Translations under genes and position numbers: made by a program | Origin: Candidatus Woesearchaeota archaeon | GTDB lineage: Archaea; Nanobdellota; Nanobdellia; SCGC-AAA011-G17; GW2011-AR17 | NCBI GenBank assembly: GCA_009691355.1 | Contig: SICW01000001.1 | Span: 1 to 40,612, forward strand | Length of the DNA stretch: 40,612 nucleotides | Direction: 5' to 3' | The notes under the pieces: model-generated | Told to the model about the DNA's origin: nothing | What the model saw: the letters and a program-made list of their open reading frames with translations, nothing else | Database searches by the model: none | Shown here: in pieces, positions 29,080-38,422 of the stretch | How positions within the stretch are numbered: the first letter of the stretch is position 1 | Layout: every line of letters starts with the position of its first letter

Positions 29080-29982
29080 ATGGTAAGCTCAAAAGTTGTG
29101 AAATGCCCTGGCCGTTTTAGCCAAACAAGAGAGAAGGTCTTTGAAGCAGTAGATGTTGCTTTAGAAGGAAGAATAAATGTCACTGAACATGACCTCGCAA
29201 CAGTGTGGGATCTCATTTCAGGAGACTTAGCTGGCCTTGATGGGAGAGATCCTTATTATGAGCCAACAGAAGATGTAAGTAGAACTCCTCCCCATGATAA
29301 TTACCTTTCTCTTGTTCCTCTTTTTCCAAGCACTTATACTTTGACACCAGAGATTCGAGAGAAACATGCACTTTCTCGAGGAGTCGATCCACGTATTGCA
29401 ATACAACTAGCGGCTATGGCTAGCTCTGGAAGAAATTTTTTTACAGGGCAATTAGGAAAAGATGCTGCTAAACTTCACGTTGATAAAAATGTTACTCTTT
29501 CAGGATATGTTATTGGATCAAATGTAGGAGTTGGTACATTATCAGATGGTGGACCAGAAGGAGGAGGCACACGATCCGACTCTCCTTATCTTATTGAAAT
29601 TTCTAAAAGAGAAGGAAGAGGGAGAGATGAAAGATTAAACCTGGCAGCAGTTGTAGGTTTCTGGGCTGAAGGAGATACCATGCTTGTTTCCCAAATGCAA
29701 TCTTGTAAAAATGCAACCCTTCCGGAAGGGCCGTACTTTGGATTAACTTGTGTTACTATTGCTGAGCGTGTTGCTCGTGAAATAGGATTTGAAAAAATAG
29801 CACTTTATACTGGAAGAGCGCACCCTTATTTCCTTGAACACCATGAGAGTTGGGCTAGAATGGGACAGCTCTTTGTTTGTATGTGGGATGGCTCAGCAAA
29901 AAAACTAGGATTTGATGGATCTCGAGTTCAAACGAGGACTTATACAAAAACTATTGGAACCGGAATTCGGGAGCGACTTTAG
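29080..29982 (+). CDS. Hypothetical protein, paralog 1, with C-terminal GNAT/VirK-like fold
   Basis: Colinear similarity to 30017-30898; VVGF..MLVSQMQ..IAERVAREIGFEKI..HPY..KKLGF. Confidence 0.75.
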   Translation: MVSSKVVKCPGRFSQTREKVFEAVDVALEGRINVTEHDLATVWDLISGDLAGLDGRDPYYEPTEDVSRTPPHDNYLSLVPLFPSTYTLTPEIREKHALSRGVDPRIAIQLAAMASSGRNFFTGQLGKDAAKLHVDKNVTLSGYVIGSNVGVGTLSDGGPEGGGTRSDSPYLIEISKREGRGRDERLNLAAVVGFWAEGDTMLVSQMQSCKNATLPEGPYFGLTCVTIAERVAREIGFEKIALYTGRAHPYFLEHHESWARMGQLFVCMWDGSAKKLGFDGSRVQTRTYTKTIGTGIRERL

Positions 29983-30016
29983 AAACGTTTAAAATTAGGA
30001 GATAAAAATCATAACA

Positions 30017-30898
30017 ATGCCAGGCGAAAGAAAATCTGTGAAGTGTGAAGGAAGATTTCCTGAACTGAGAGAATATCTTTTTGGCACGCCAGTAGATATG
30101 GTTCTTGGTGAAAGAAAAACTGTTAGTGCCAAGGATCTTGATGACCTTTGGAGTTTGATTAAAGGAGATATCTACCAACATGATCTTAAAGACCCTTACT
30201 TTATGTCTCACTGTGATCTCGCAAGAAAGCAACCAGAACTACACCCTTATGCTCTTGTTCCCCTTTTTCCTTCTCCGGATTATATTCTTGCAGTACAATT
30301 GGTACAGCTATATACAATGAGCTTAGGTGTTTCATTTACTGTTTCTGAAAAAATGGAGGGAATGGCTCGACTCCCAGAACGGTTTCTTCTTGAAGAACTT
30401 AAACTTGAACCAAGATTAATTGAATTCCCAAATAGGGCTACACTCTCTGGATATGATTTACATACACATTTTGGAATTGGGACTATTAGCCTAGGTGGTG
30501 TAGAGGGATCTGGTATTCGTTCTGATTCACCTCATCTTATTGAGATTTATAGAAAAGAAGGAAGAGGTCAAAGAAATCTTGCTGGAGTTGTAGGTTTCTT
30601 GGTTCAAGATGAGGATATGCTTATCTCCCAAATACAAGCATGTAGAAATGCAGCTTTACCTAGTGGAGTTCCCTTAGGAGTTGGCTCTATTATTACTGCA
30701 GAACATATTGCGAAAACTCTCGGTTTTAAAAGAATGAAAATTTATACTGCTCGAGGTCACCCACATTTCAAAAAAGACCCTAACTCTTGGAGGAGAATGG
30801 GTAAGGAGTTTATAGAAATATTTGATACTTCCGTAAAAAAAATTGGAGGATATAAAGGTGATGGTGAAAAAGATCAAGTTTTTACAAAAACGCTCTAA
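30017..30898 (+). CDS. Hypothetical protein, paralog 2, with C-terminal GNAT/VirK-like fold
   Basis: Shares LVPLFPS, TLSGY, RSDSP.LIEI, NLA.VVGF, SW.RMG with paralog 1. Confidence 0.75.
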   Translation: MPGERKSVKCEGRFPELREYLFGTPVDMVLGERKTVSAKDLDDLWSLIKGDIYQHDLKDPYFMSHCDLARKQPELHPYALVPLFPSPDYILAVQLVQLYTMSLGVSFTVSEKMEGMARLPERFLLEELKLEPRLIEFPNRATLSGYDLHTHFGIGTISLGGVEGSGIRSDSPHLIEIYRKEGRGQRNLAGVVGFLVQDEDMLISQIQACRNAALPSGVPLGVGSIITAEHIAKTLGFKRMKIYTARGHPHFKKDPNSWRRMGKEFIEIFDTSVKKIGGYKGDGEKDQVFTKTL

Positions 30899-30899
30899 C

Positions 30900-31112
30900 T
30901 TATTTCACTGCTTCTTTAATATCTACAGCTTTGATTGTTTTTCTTCCCGCATGCTGTGCAAAACGTAAAGACTTCTCACCAATCTTTATCACCTGCTCTT
31001 CAAGATATTCTGCAAGCTTTTCTTTTGCATCATCTGAAACACGCTGCGCACCAGCTTTCTTGAGAAGCTTTTCCATTGCTGAAGCAGAAATAATTGCTTT
31101 TCTTTGGGCCAT
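30900..31112 (-). CDS. Archaeal histone (HMf family)
   Basis: KKAGAQRVSDDA, AQHAGRKTIKAVDI. Confidence 0.95.
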   Translation of the reverse strand: MAQRKAIISASAMEKLLKKAGAQRVSDDAKEKLAEYLEEQVIKIGEKSLRFAQHAGRKTIKAVDIKEAVK

Positions 31113-31192
31113 ATTTTTTTCATAGGAAGAGTATTATTTAAATGTTCCCCCTCGAGAAAGACTAATCTACATACTCTAGCACATACTATTTC

Positions 31193-31205
31193 GAAACATT
31201 TATAA
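31193..31205 (+). promoter_or_regulatory. BRE/TATA promoter of the ribosomal protein superoperon
   Basis: GAAACATTTATAA, the same form as the AAACATTTATTAA box upstream of top6B. Confidence 0.6.
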
Positions 31206-31229
31206 GGAGACGGATTTTTTCTCGTTACA

Positions 31230-31396
31230 TCAAAATGCTTTCGGAGGATTGCATTTAATACTCTTAACCTATGAGGAGTTCACACCCATGTGTCGAACGA
31301 CAGAACGGATGTTCTGATTCTCAAAAAGGCGAGCGCAGGTTCGACGTCTATAAACCTGCTGTCTGAAAAGACAAGTATTTCGTTACATTTGAAGAA
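31230..31396 (+). ncRNA. Structured 5' leader or ncRNA upstream of rpl3
   Basis: At least five hairpins plus closing helix AATACT/AGTATT within ~165 nt. Confidence 0.6.
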
Positions 31397-32365
31397 ATGG
31401 GACACAAACACCACCCACGAAGAGGAAGTTTACAATTTTGGCCACATGCCCGAAGTAGTAAGCATGCTCCAAGAATACGAAGTAAAGTAGAGTCTAGAGA
31501 TAAAAAAATCCTTGGTTTCTTAGGTTATAAAGTTGGAATGACACACCTGCTTATCAAAGAAACAAATACAAACTCTCATAGAAAAAATATGGATATCTTC
31601 ACACCTGTTACTGTTATTGAATGTCCTCCACTAAAAGTGTATTCTATTCGTTATTATGCACAACAAGAAGATGGTGAACTACGTCTGGTTTCTGAAGTCT
31701 TTTCAAAAAAAGTGGATAAAGAACTTACAAGAAAAATACGACCATCCAAGAAGGAAAATGTTGCACCAGCACATTTTGATGCTCTCAAAGTTACAGTCTA
31801 TACACAACCTAAACTTACAGGTATTGGTAAAAAGAAACCTGATATGGTAGAATTCAGCGTTGGTGGAAAAGACTTGCAAGAAAAGTCTGCATTTGCACAA
31901 AGCCTTCTTGATAAAGAAATCAAAATTTCGGATGTATTCAAAGAAACACAATTTGTTGATGCTCATGCTGTTACCAAAGGAAAAGGATTTTCAGGAGTAG
32001 TAAAAAAATTCGGAGTCAAACCTTTACAACACAAAGCAGAAAAGGCACGAAGAAAAGTAGGTACTCTTGGATCTTGGCACCCTAACAAAGTTCTTTACAG
32101 TGTTGCACAGTGTGGAAAGTGGGGATATCACTTACGAACAGAATATAATAAAATGACACTTAAAATTGGAAGTAATCCTAAAGATATTAACCCGAAGGGA
32201 GGATTCGTTCGCTATGGCTTTGTAAAAAATGACTATCTTCTTGTGAAAGGATCTATTGCAGGACCAAACAAAAGACCAATTGCATTCTCTGATGCTATTC
32301 GAATCAAAAAGAAGGCTGTAAGTGGACCTATTGGCTATGTTAGTGTGGAGTCTAAACAACGATGA
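31397..32365 (+). CDS. rpl3: 50S ribosomal protein L3
   Basis: PRRGSLQFWP, GYKVGMTH, TKGKGF.G. Confidence 0.98.
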   Translation: MGHKHHPRRGSLQFWPHARSSKHAPRIRSKVESRDKKILGFLGYKVGMTHLLIKETNTNSHRKNMDIFTPVTVIECPPLKVYSIRYYAQQEDGELRLVSEVFSKKVDKELTRKIRPSKKENVAPAHFDALKVTVYTQPKLTGIGKKKPDMVEFSVGGKDLQEKSAFAQSLLDKEIKISDVFKETQFVDAHAVTKGKGFSGVVKKFGVKPLQHKAEKARRKVGTLGSWHPNKVLYSVAQCGKWGYHLRTEYNKMTLKIGSNPKDINPKGGFVRYGFVKNDYLLVKGSIAGPNKRPIAFSDAIRIKKKAVSGPIGYVSVESKQR

Positions 32366-33186
32366 AATCAGCAGTTATAGGAATGGATGGGAAAAAAGGA
32401 AAAGATGTTTCTCTTCCTATTCAGTTTTCTGAAGACTTTAGGCCTGACTTAATTAAAAAAGCTGTGCTTGCACAACAATCTCATTCTATTCAACCTACAG
32501 GAACAAGTCCTTTAGCAGGACTGCGACAATCTTCTTTTATTACAAAACGAAGAAAGCATTACAAAACAACATATGGGCGAGGACAGTCTCGAACACCAAG
32601 AAAAATTCTCTCTAGAAAGGGAATGAATTTCCATTATGTTGGAGCAGTTGCACCAAACACTGTTGGAGGAAGAGTTTCTCATCCGCCTAAAGCAAGCAAA
32701 ATCTGGGACTTGAAAATGAATGTGCAAGAAAGAAGAAAAGCTATTCGAAGTGCTATTGCAGCAACTATGAATCCAGAGCTTGTAAAAAGAAGAGGGCACA
32801 CCGCAGAATCATTTGTTGTTGAACAAAAAATTGAAGATCTTAAAAAAGCAAAAGATGTGTATGAATTCCTTGCAAAAGCAGGGCTTGAAAAAGAATTAAA
32901 AAGAATTGCTGAAAAGAAAATTAGAGCAGGAATAGGAAAAACGAGAGGAAGACCTTATAGAAAGAAAAAAGGGCCACTCTTTGTTGTTTCTAAAAAATGT
33001 GCTCTTCTTACTGCAGCAAGAAATCTTCAAGGAATTGAAGTGTGTATTGTTAAAAATCTAAATGCAGAACTCCTTGCGCCAGGTACAAATGCTGGAAGAC
33101 TCACTGTATGGTCTGATAAAGCGCTGGATGTTATGGATAAAGAAAAGCTATTCTTTGCTTCTGTGAAGAAGGAGAGTAAAAAATGA
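32362..33186 (+). CDS. rpl4: 50S ribosomal protein L4
   Basis: RPDLIKKAV, TVGGR..HPPK, LLAPG..AGRLT. Confidence 0.98.
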   Translation: MKSAVIGMDGKKGKDVSLPIQFSEDFRPDLIKKAVLAQQSHSIQPTGTSPLAGLRQSSFITKRRKHYKTTYGRGQSRTPRKILSRKGMNFHYVGAVAPNTVGGRVSHPPKASKIWDLKMNVQERRKAIRSAIAATMNPELVKRRGHTAESFVVEQKIEDLKKAKDVYEFLAKAGLEKELKRIAEKKIRAGIGKTRGRPYRKKKGPLFVVSKKCALLTAARNLQGIEVCIVKNLNAELLAPGTNAGRLTVWSDKALDVMDKEKLFFASVKKESKK

Positions 33187-33449
33187 GTCTTGATACATTC
33201 TCTATCATTAAACATCCTGTGACTACAGAAAAAAATGTTAAAATCATGCAAAATGAAAATAAATTAGTTTTCATTGTTGATAGAAGAGCAACTAAGCAAG
33301 ATATTAAAAAAGATGCTGAAACTCTTTTCAAAGTAAAAGTTATCAAAGTCACAACACTTATTCTTCCTTCTGGGGAGAAAAAAGCATTTGTCAAGTTAGC
33401 TGCTGAAACACCTGCAATTGATGTTGCAACACAGCTAGGATTACTCTAA
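33183..33449 (+). CDS. rpl23: 50S ribosomal protein L23
   Basis: PVTTEK, NKLVFIVD, KKAFVKL. Confidence 0.97.
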   Translation: MSLDTFSIIKHPVTTEKNVKIMQNENKLVFIVDRRATKQDIKKDAETLFKVKVIKVTTLILPSGEKKAFVKLAAETPAIDVATQLGLL

Positions 33450-33450
33450 C

Positions 33451-34176
33451 ATGGGAAAGAATCTGATTACACAACGTCGAGGGAGAGGAACATCTACTTA
33501 CAGGGCTCCAAGTCATAGATACTATGGAGAGATTAAATATCGAGCTTATGATGACGTTGAAAGAAACGCTGTTGTATATGGGACAGTAAAAGATCTCATT
33601 GATTGCCCAGGACATATGGCTCCGTTGGCAGAGATTCAATATGATACCAAAGAAGTCATTCTTATTTCTGCTCCACTGAATATTAAAGTTGGAGATATCG
33701 TTGCTTCAGGAGCTAGTGCACCTGTACAAAATGGAAATGTCCTTCCTTTGAAGAACATCCCTGAAGGAACTGCAATTTACAATCTTGAATGTAGACCTGG
33801 TGATGGTGGAAAGCTTGTTCGAACTGCAGGTGTTTGTGCACGTGTTGTTGGAAGGGTTGGAGAAGGAATCATTGTTAAATTACCATCTAAAAAACAAAAA
33901 ACATTCTTAGGAGAATGTCGAGCTACTATTGGAACTATCGCAGGAGATGGAAGAACTGAAAAACCATTCCTTAAGGCTGGGAAGAGAATGCATGCTATGA
34001 GAGCAAGAAACAAACTTTATCCTCAAACCTCTGGAGTTGCTATGAACGCTGTAGATCACCCCTTTGGATCTGGGCGGGGTAGACACGCAGGTAAGCCTAA
34101 GGCTCCTCCAAGATGGGCTCCAGCTGGAAGGAATGTTGGATTAATTAGGGCGAAGAGAACAGGGAGAAAACGATAA
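33451..34176 (+). CDS. rpl2: 50S ribosomal protein L2
   Basis: MGK..QRRGRG, GVAMNAVDHPFG. Confidence 0.98.
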   Translation: MGKNLITQRRGRGTSTYRAPSHRYYGEIKYRAYDDVERNAVVYGTVKDLIDCPGHMAPLAEIQYDTKEVILISAPLNIKVGDIVASGASAPVQNGNVLPLKNIPEGTAIYNLECRPGDGGKLVRTAGVCARVVGRVGEGIIVKLPSKKQKTFLGECRATIGTIAGDGRTEKPFLKAGKRMHAMRARNKLYPQTSGVAMNAVDHPFGSGRGRHAGKPKAPPRWAPAGRNVGLIRAKRTGRKR

Positions 34177-34178
34177 TC

Positions 34179-34577
34179 ATGGCACGAAAAGAATTCACCT
34201 ATCGAGGAAAAACAGTTGATGAAATTAAAGCACTCGACGTGAAAGAGTTTGCAAAACTCGTTCCTGCAAGACAACGAAGAACTCTTGAGCATGGCTTTAA
34301 CGAAATGCAAAAAAGACTCCTTTTGAAAATCAAAAAAGCTAAAGAAGGAAAGTATAAAAAACCCATTAAAACTCATTGTAGAGATATGATTGTTATCCCA
34401 GAAATGCTTGGGCTGCATATTCATGTGCATATGGGAAAATCATACGTACAAATAGAAATATTCCCAGATATGCTTGGGCATTACTTAGGGGAATTCACTC
34501 TTACAAGAAATAGGGTCGCACACTCTGCACCTGGAATTGGAGCAACTAAATCTAGCTCAGCAGCATCGGTTAAATAA
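34179..34577 (+). CDS. rps19: 30S ribosomal protein S19
   Basis: KTHCRDM, MLGHYLGEF. Confidence 0.98.
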   Translation: MARKEFTYRGKTVDEIKALDVKEFAKLVPARQRRTLEHGFNEMQKRLLLKIKKAKEGKYKKPIKTHCRDMIVIPEMLGLHIHVHMGKSYVQIEIFPDMLGHYLGEFTLTRNRVAHSAPGIGATKSSSAASVK

Positions 34578-34579
34578 AA

Positions 34580-35056
34580 ATGGAAAATAAACAACACATT
34601 GCAACTGCAAAAGGAGAGAACTTAGGTCTCTCACGAAAGTTTTCTATAGAGGTTGCTACATTCATTCGAGGAAAAAGCCTTGCTGATGCGAAGAAGAAAA
34701 TGCAGGATGTTATGACCTTAAAAGTTGCTGTTCCTTTTAGAAAATATCATATGGACTTAGGTCACAAACCTGGGCCAATGGGACCGGGAAGGTTTCCTAC
34801 TAAAGTTGCTAAGGAAATGCTACGACTCTTAAACTCTGCTGAAATGAATGCTCTCAACAAGGGCTTGGATATAGAAAACCTTTATGTTGCACGTGTTGTA
34901 GCGAATAAAGGGAACACACAAATGAAACCTGGAAGATATAGAGGAAGAAGAGCAAAAAGAACACATATCGAAATCACACTTGCTGAAAAGGAAAAAAAGA
35001 AAACTGAAAAGAAAGAAACAGCTAAAACTAGTCCAAAGGAGAAAAAGACCAAATGA
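34580..35056 (+). CDS. rpl22: 50S ribosomal protein L22
   Basis: GRFPTK, NA..KGLD, THIEI; operon position. Confidence 0.96.
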   Translation: MENKQHIATAKGENLGLSRKFSIEVATFIRGKSLADAKKKMQDVMTLKVAVPFRKYHMDLGHKPGPMGPGRFPTKVAKEMLRLLNSAEMNALNKGLDIENLYVARVVANKGNTQMKPGRYRGRRAKRTHIEITLAEKEKKKTEKKETAKTSPKEKKTK

Positions 35057-35820
35057 TAGAGCGAAAATTTGTCGGTGAAAAGATGAGGGAATTTTTGGTT
35101 AATGAATACCTCCATAAAGAATTAGGAGCAGGGAAGTATAGCTCTTTTGAAATTAAAAGGACTCCTCTTGGTGAGAGAATTGTTATTTACACGGCGAGAC
35201 CGGGATTAATTGTTGGTAAAGGTGGAGAGAATATTAAAGAACTTACAAAAGTTTTGAAAAGTAAATTTAAAATGGAAAATCCTCAGATTGAGGTTGCAGA
35301 AATTGAAAATGCAAACCTTGATGCACAGACTATGGCAGAGCAGATTGTAACAACACTAGAACGATTCGGACCAAAGAGATTCAAATCAGTTGGATACAAG
35401 ACCTTGCAAAGAATTATTGATGCTGGTGCTATGGGAGCAGAAATCGCTATTGGTGGAAGAGGACTTCCAGGTGCAAGAGCAAAAACATGGAGATTTTATG
35501 CTGGATATCTTAAGAAATCTGGAGATGTTTCCATGTCATTTGTTATGTACGGGGAATCAACAGCAAACTTAAAATCGGGAAGCATTGGAGTTAAGGTACG
35601 TATCCTTCCTCCAAACACAATTTTACCTGATAAACTGACTCTTATTGACCAAACCGCAATGACTGTCCAAGTAGAAGAAGTTAAACTTGAAGATAAAAAA
35701 GAAACTACTAAAGATGAAACTCCGGTAGCTGAAGATAAAAAAATTAAAAAGAAAGCCGCTGTGAAGAAAAAAGTAGCAAAGAAAAAGGAAGAAGTAAAAG
35801 AAAATGAAGATCAAGAATAA
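35053..35820 (+). CDS. rps3: 30S ribosomal protein S3
   Basis: RTPLG, RPGLIVGKGG KH domain, GVKVRI. Confidence 0.97.
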   Translation: MIERKFVGEKMREFLVNEYLHKELGAGKYSSFEIKRTPLGERIVIYTARPGLIVGKGGENIKELTKVLKSKFKMENPQIEVAEIENANLDAQTMAEQIVTTLERFGPKRFKSVGYKTLQRIIDAGAMGAEIAIGGRGLPGARAKTWRFYAGYLKKSGDVSMSFVMYGESTANLKSGSIGVKVRILPPNTILPDKLTLIDQTAMTVQVEEVKLEDKKETTKDETPVAEDKKIKKKAAVKKKVAKKKEEVKENEDQE

Positions 35821-36028
35821 AGAACTGCGAAAAATGACTAAACAAGAGCTGGATAATAAGCTCCTTGAACTTAGAAAGGATCTCATTAAAATTAATGCTC
35901 AAATTGGAGCTGGGACTGTTCCTGAGAATCCAGGGAATGTTAAGAATGTGAAAAAAACTGTTGCTAGGATACTTACTATTATGACCGAAACTAAAAATAA
36001 GGAGGTGCCGAAGAAAACCCATGCGTGA
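35804..36028 (+). CDS. rpl29: 50S ribosomal protein L29
   Basis: ELRKM, ENPG, VARILT. Confidence 0.96.
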   Translation: MKIKNKELRKMTKQELDNKLLELRKDLIKINAQIGAGTVPENPGNVKNVKKTVARILTIMTETKNKEVPKKTHA

Positions 36029-36341
36029 AATTTGTCCAAAATGTGGCTTGCCTCAAGAGCTCTGTGTTTGTGAGAGTATCGCAAAAGAAGAGCAGAAAAT
36101 TGAGATTCGCCTCGTTAAAAGAAGATTTGGAAAACTCAGCACGATAATCTCAGGCATTGATGATAAAACGATAAACCTCAAGGAGCTTGCAAAAAAACTT
36201 AAATCCAAGCTTGCTTGTGGGGGTACTACAAAAGAAAAAAACATAGAACTCCAAGGAAATCACCTTGAAATGTCTAAAAAAGTCATTATTGAGGAAGGGT
36301 TTGCCTCTAGCTCTATCACGATCATTAGCGAAATAAGATGA
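36021..36341 (+). CDS. Translation initiation factor SUI1/aIF1
   Basis: CGLPQELCVCE, LKSKLACGGT, IELQGNH. Confidence 0.95.
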   Translation: MREICPKCGLPQELCVCESIAKEEQKIEIRLVKRRFGKLSTIISGIDDKTINLKELAKKLKSKLACGGTTKEKNIELQGNHLEMSKKVIIEEGFASSSITIISEIR

Positions 36342-36598
36342 GATCACCAACAAACATCGTCCGACACGAATTCATCGGTCTTGACGTTGTGGTGGTTGAT
36401 GCAGAAAACAAAACTTTGATTGGTATCAAGGGTGAAATTGTTGATGAAACAAAAAACACCTTTGTTATTGAAACAGAGCATGGAGAAAAAAGCGTGCTAA
36501 AAAAAGGCGCAAGCTTTCAAGTATCTGTGCAGAATCAAGACATCATAATCAAAGGAGATATTTTGGTTGGAAGACCAGAAGATAGGATAAAAAAATGA
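36338..36598 (+). CDS. rnp1: Ribonuclease P protein component 1 (Rpp29/Pop4)
   Basis: HEFIGL, G.IVDETKNT, GRPEDRIK. Confidence 0.95.
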   Translation: MRSPTNIVRHEFIGLDVVVVDAENKTLIGIKGEIVDETKNTFVIETEHGEKSVLKKGASFQVSVQNQDIIIKGDILVGRPEDRIKK

Positions 36599-36930
36599 AA
36601 ACAAAAGCAAAGAAGAACGTCGGAATGGGACTGATTGTACCTAGTAAAAACTGTACTGATAAACACTGCCCATTTCACGGTGACCTCAAACTACATGGAA
36701 GAGTCTTTGAAGGAAAGGTTATTAATAAAAACCTACATAAGACAGTAAATGTAGAATGGGAAAGAATATCTTACCTCTCTAAATTTGAACGTTACTCAAA
36801 AAGTAGATCTCGAGTGAAAGCACACAATCCTGATTGTATTGGTGCTGAAGTTGGAGATCATGCTATGATCGTTGAAACGAGGCCTATTAGTAAAACAAAA
36901 AAATTCGTGGTGGTGAAAGTTAACAAATGA
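36595..36930 (+). CDS. rps17: 30S ribosomal protein S17
   Basis: C.DKHCPFHG, ETRPISKTK. Confidence 0.97.
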   Translation: MKTKAKKNVGMGLIVPSKNCTDKHCPFHGDLKLHGRVFEGKVINKNLHKTVNVEWERISYLSKFERYSKSRSRVKAHNPDCIGAEVGDHAMIVETRPISKTKKFVVVKVNK

Positions 36931-37328
36931 AAGCACTTACAGGACATAAGGTACGAGCACTTCCAGTAGGAGCCGAAATTCCTACTTGTGATAACTCTGG
37001 GGCAAAAGTTGTTAAGATTATTAGTGTTAAAGGACACAAGACCGTACGAAGAAGAATTGCTTCTGGTGGTGTTGGAGATCTTATCAAAGCATCTGTCATC
37101 AAAGGAAAACCTGAGATGAGAAAACAAGTTGTCTCTGCAATAATTGTTAGGCAGAAAAAAGAATATAAGAGGGCTAATGGAACTCGAATTAAATTTGAAG
37201 ATAATGCGGTTATTGTACTTAAAGATGAGAAAGGTACTCCAAAAGGAACTATTTTTAAAGGAGCTATTGCAAAAGAAGCTGCTGAAAGATGGCCTGGAAT
37301 TTCCAAAGTCTCAAGTATTGTGGTATAA
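36927..37328 (+). CDS. rpl14: 50S ribosomal protein L14
   Basis: DNSGAK, FEDNAV. Confidence 0.98.
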   Translation: MKALTGHKVRALPVGAEIPTCDNSGAKVVKIISVKGHKTVRRRIASGGVGDLIKASVIKGKPEMRKQVVSAIIVRQKKEYKRANGTRIKFEDNAVIVLKDEKGTPKGTIFKGAIAKEAAERWPGISKVSSIVV

Positions 37329-37331
37329 AAA

Positions 37332-37730
37332 ATGAAAATTGAATGGTCAAAAAACTGGAATGCGAGTAAGCGCCCAAATAAGCAGAGAAAATTCCGCTTT
37401 AATGCTCCCTTACATGTGCAGCATAGCTTTTTGGGAGCTCATCTTAGTCCTGAACTTAGAAAAAAATATACTCTTCGAAGTTTACCTTTGAGAAAAGGGG
37501 ATAAAGTTAAAATCCTTAGAGGGCAATATAAGAAAAAAACTGGGAAAGTTACTCGAATATTGATGAAAACCCAGAAGGTTTATATTGAGGGAATTGAAAC
37601 ACTCAAAAAAGACGGAAGTAAGGCTTTCGTTCCTTTACAGCCATCTAATGTTATGATTATAGAAATGGAACTCACCGATAAATATAGAAAGGGTATTGTT
37701 GAAAGAAAAAGTCCTAAGGAGAAAAAATAA
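37332..37730 (+). CDS. rpl24: 50S ribosomal protein L24
   Basis: KQRK...NAPLH, RKGDKVKILRG KOW motif. Confidence 0.97.
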   Translation: MKIEWSKNWNASKRPNKQRKFRFNAPLHVQHSFLGAHLSPELRKKYTLRSLPLRKGDKVKILRGQYKKKTGKVTRILMKTQKVYIEGIETLKKDGSKAFVPLQPSNVMIIEMELTDKYRKGIVERKSPKEKK

Positions 37731-37732
37731 CC

Positions 37733-38422
37733 ATGGTTAAAAATCATTTATCTCGATTGAATGCACCTACGAGTTGGGGAATTAAGAAAAAAGGAATTAA
37801 ATTTCCTACAAGACCAAGTGCAGGAGCACATACACTTAGAGAATCTCTTCCTCTTTCCGTTGTTGTTACAACTCTGTTAAAATATGCCCGAACAAGAAGG
37901 GAAGTTAAGAAAATCCTTAATGAAGGAAAAATCTTTGTCAATGGAAAAGTAAGAAAGGATCTTGGATTTGCTTTAGGGCTTATGGATGTAATCTCGGTAC
38001 CTAGTGTTCATGAAAACTATAGGCTCTTTTATAATACTAAAGGAAAATTCACACTATTAGCTATTAAAGAAGAGGATAAAGATACACGAGTTGTACAAAT
38101 TAAAAATAAAAAAATAATTACCAAAGGGAAGATACAACTCAATCACTCTGATGGAACAAATCTCCTTTTAGATAAAGGGGCTGAATATAAAACTGGAGAT
38201 ACTCTTTATCTCTCCTTCAAAGATGGGAAAATTAAGGAACATCTTTCGTTGAAAAAAGGCGCAAGGGTTTACATCTCTGGTGGAACAAAACAAGGTGTTG
38301 TTGGTACCCTTGAAGAAATGAAAGAAAAGAATATCATTGTTAAAACTGAAAAAGGAAACTTTGAAACAGCAAAGCGTTATGCCTTCGTTATTGGTAAAAT
38401 GCAAACCCTCGAGGAAAAATGA
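37733..38422 (+). CDS. rps4e: 30S ribosomal protein S4e
   Basis: HLSRLNAP..W, GLMDVI, QLNHSDG.N. Confidence 0.96.
   Translation: MVKNHLSRLNAPTSWGIKKKGIKFPTRPSAGAHTLRESLPLSVVVTTLLKYARTRREVKKILNEGKIFVNGKVRKDLGFALGLMDVISVPSVHENYRLFYNTKGKFTLLAIKEEDKDTRVVQIKNKKIITKGKIQLNHSDGTNLLLDKGAEYKTGDTLYLSFKDGKIKEHLSLKKGARVYISGGTKQGVVGTLEEMKEKNIIVKTEKGNFETAKRYAFVIGKMQTLEEK

Noticed and set aside
31222..31388. TCGTTACAT 9-bp direct repeat flanking the leader as a target-site duplication
   Set aside because: No terminal inverted repeats and no second copy of the element; could be chance or a binding site
31230..31396. RNase P RNA or SRP RNA identity for the structured region (GAGGAGTTC resembles RNase P CR-I; rnp1 and srp54 are present)
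   Set aside because: No complementary P4/CR-V partner or SRP helix 8 motif; too short and AT-rich
31290..31490. 66-aa ORF overlapping the rpl3 start
   Set aside because: Out-of-frame overlap with rpl3, no motifs; region better explained as structured RNA
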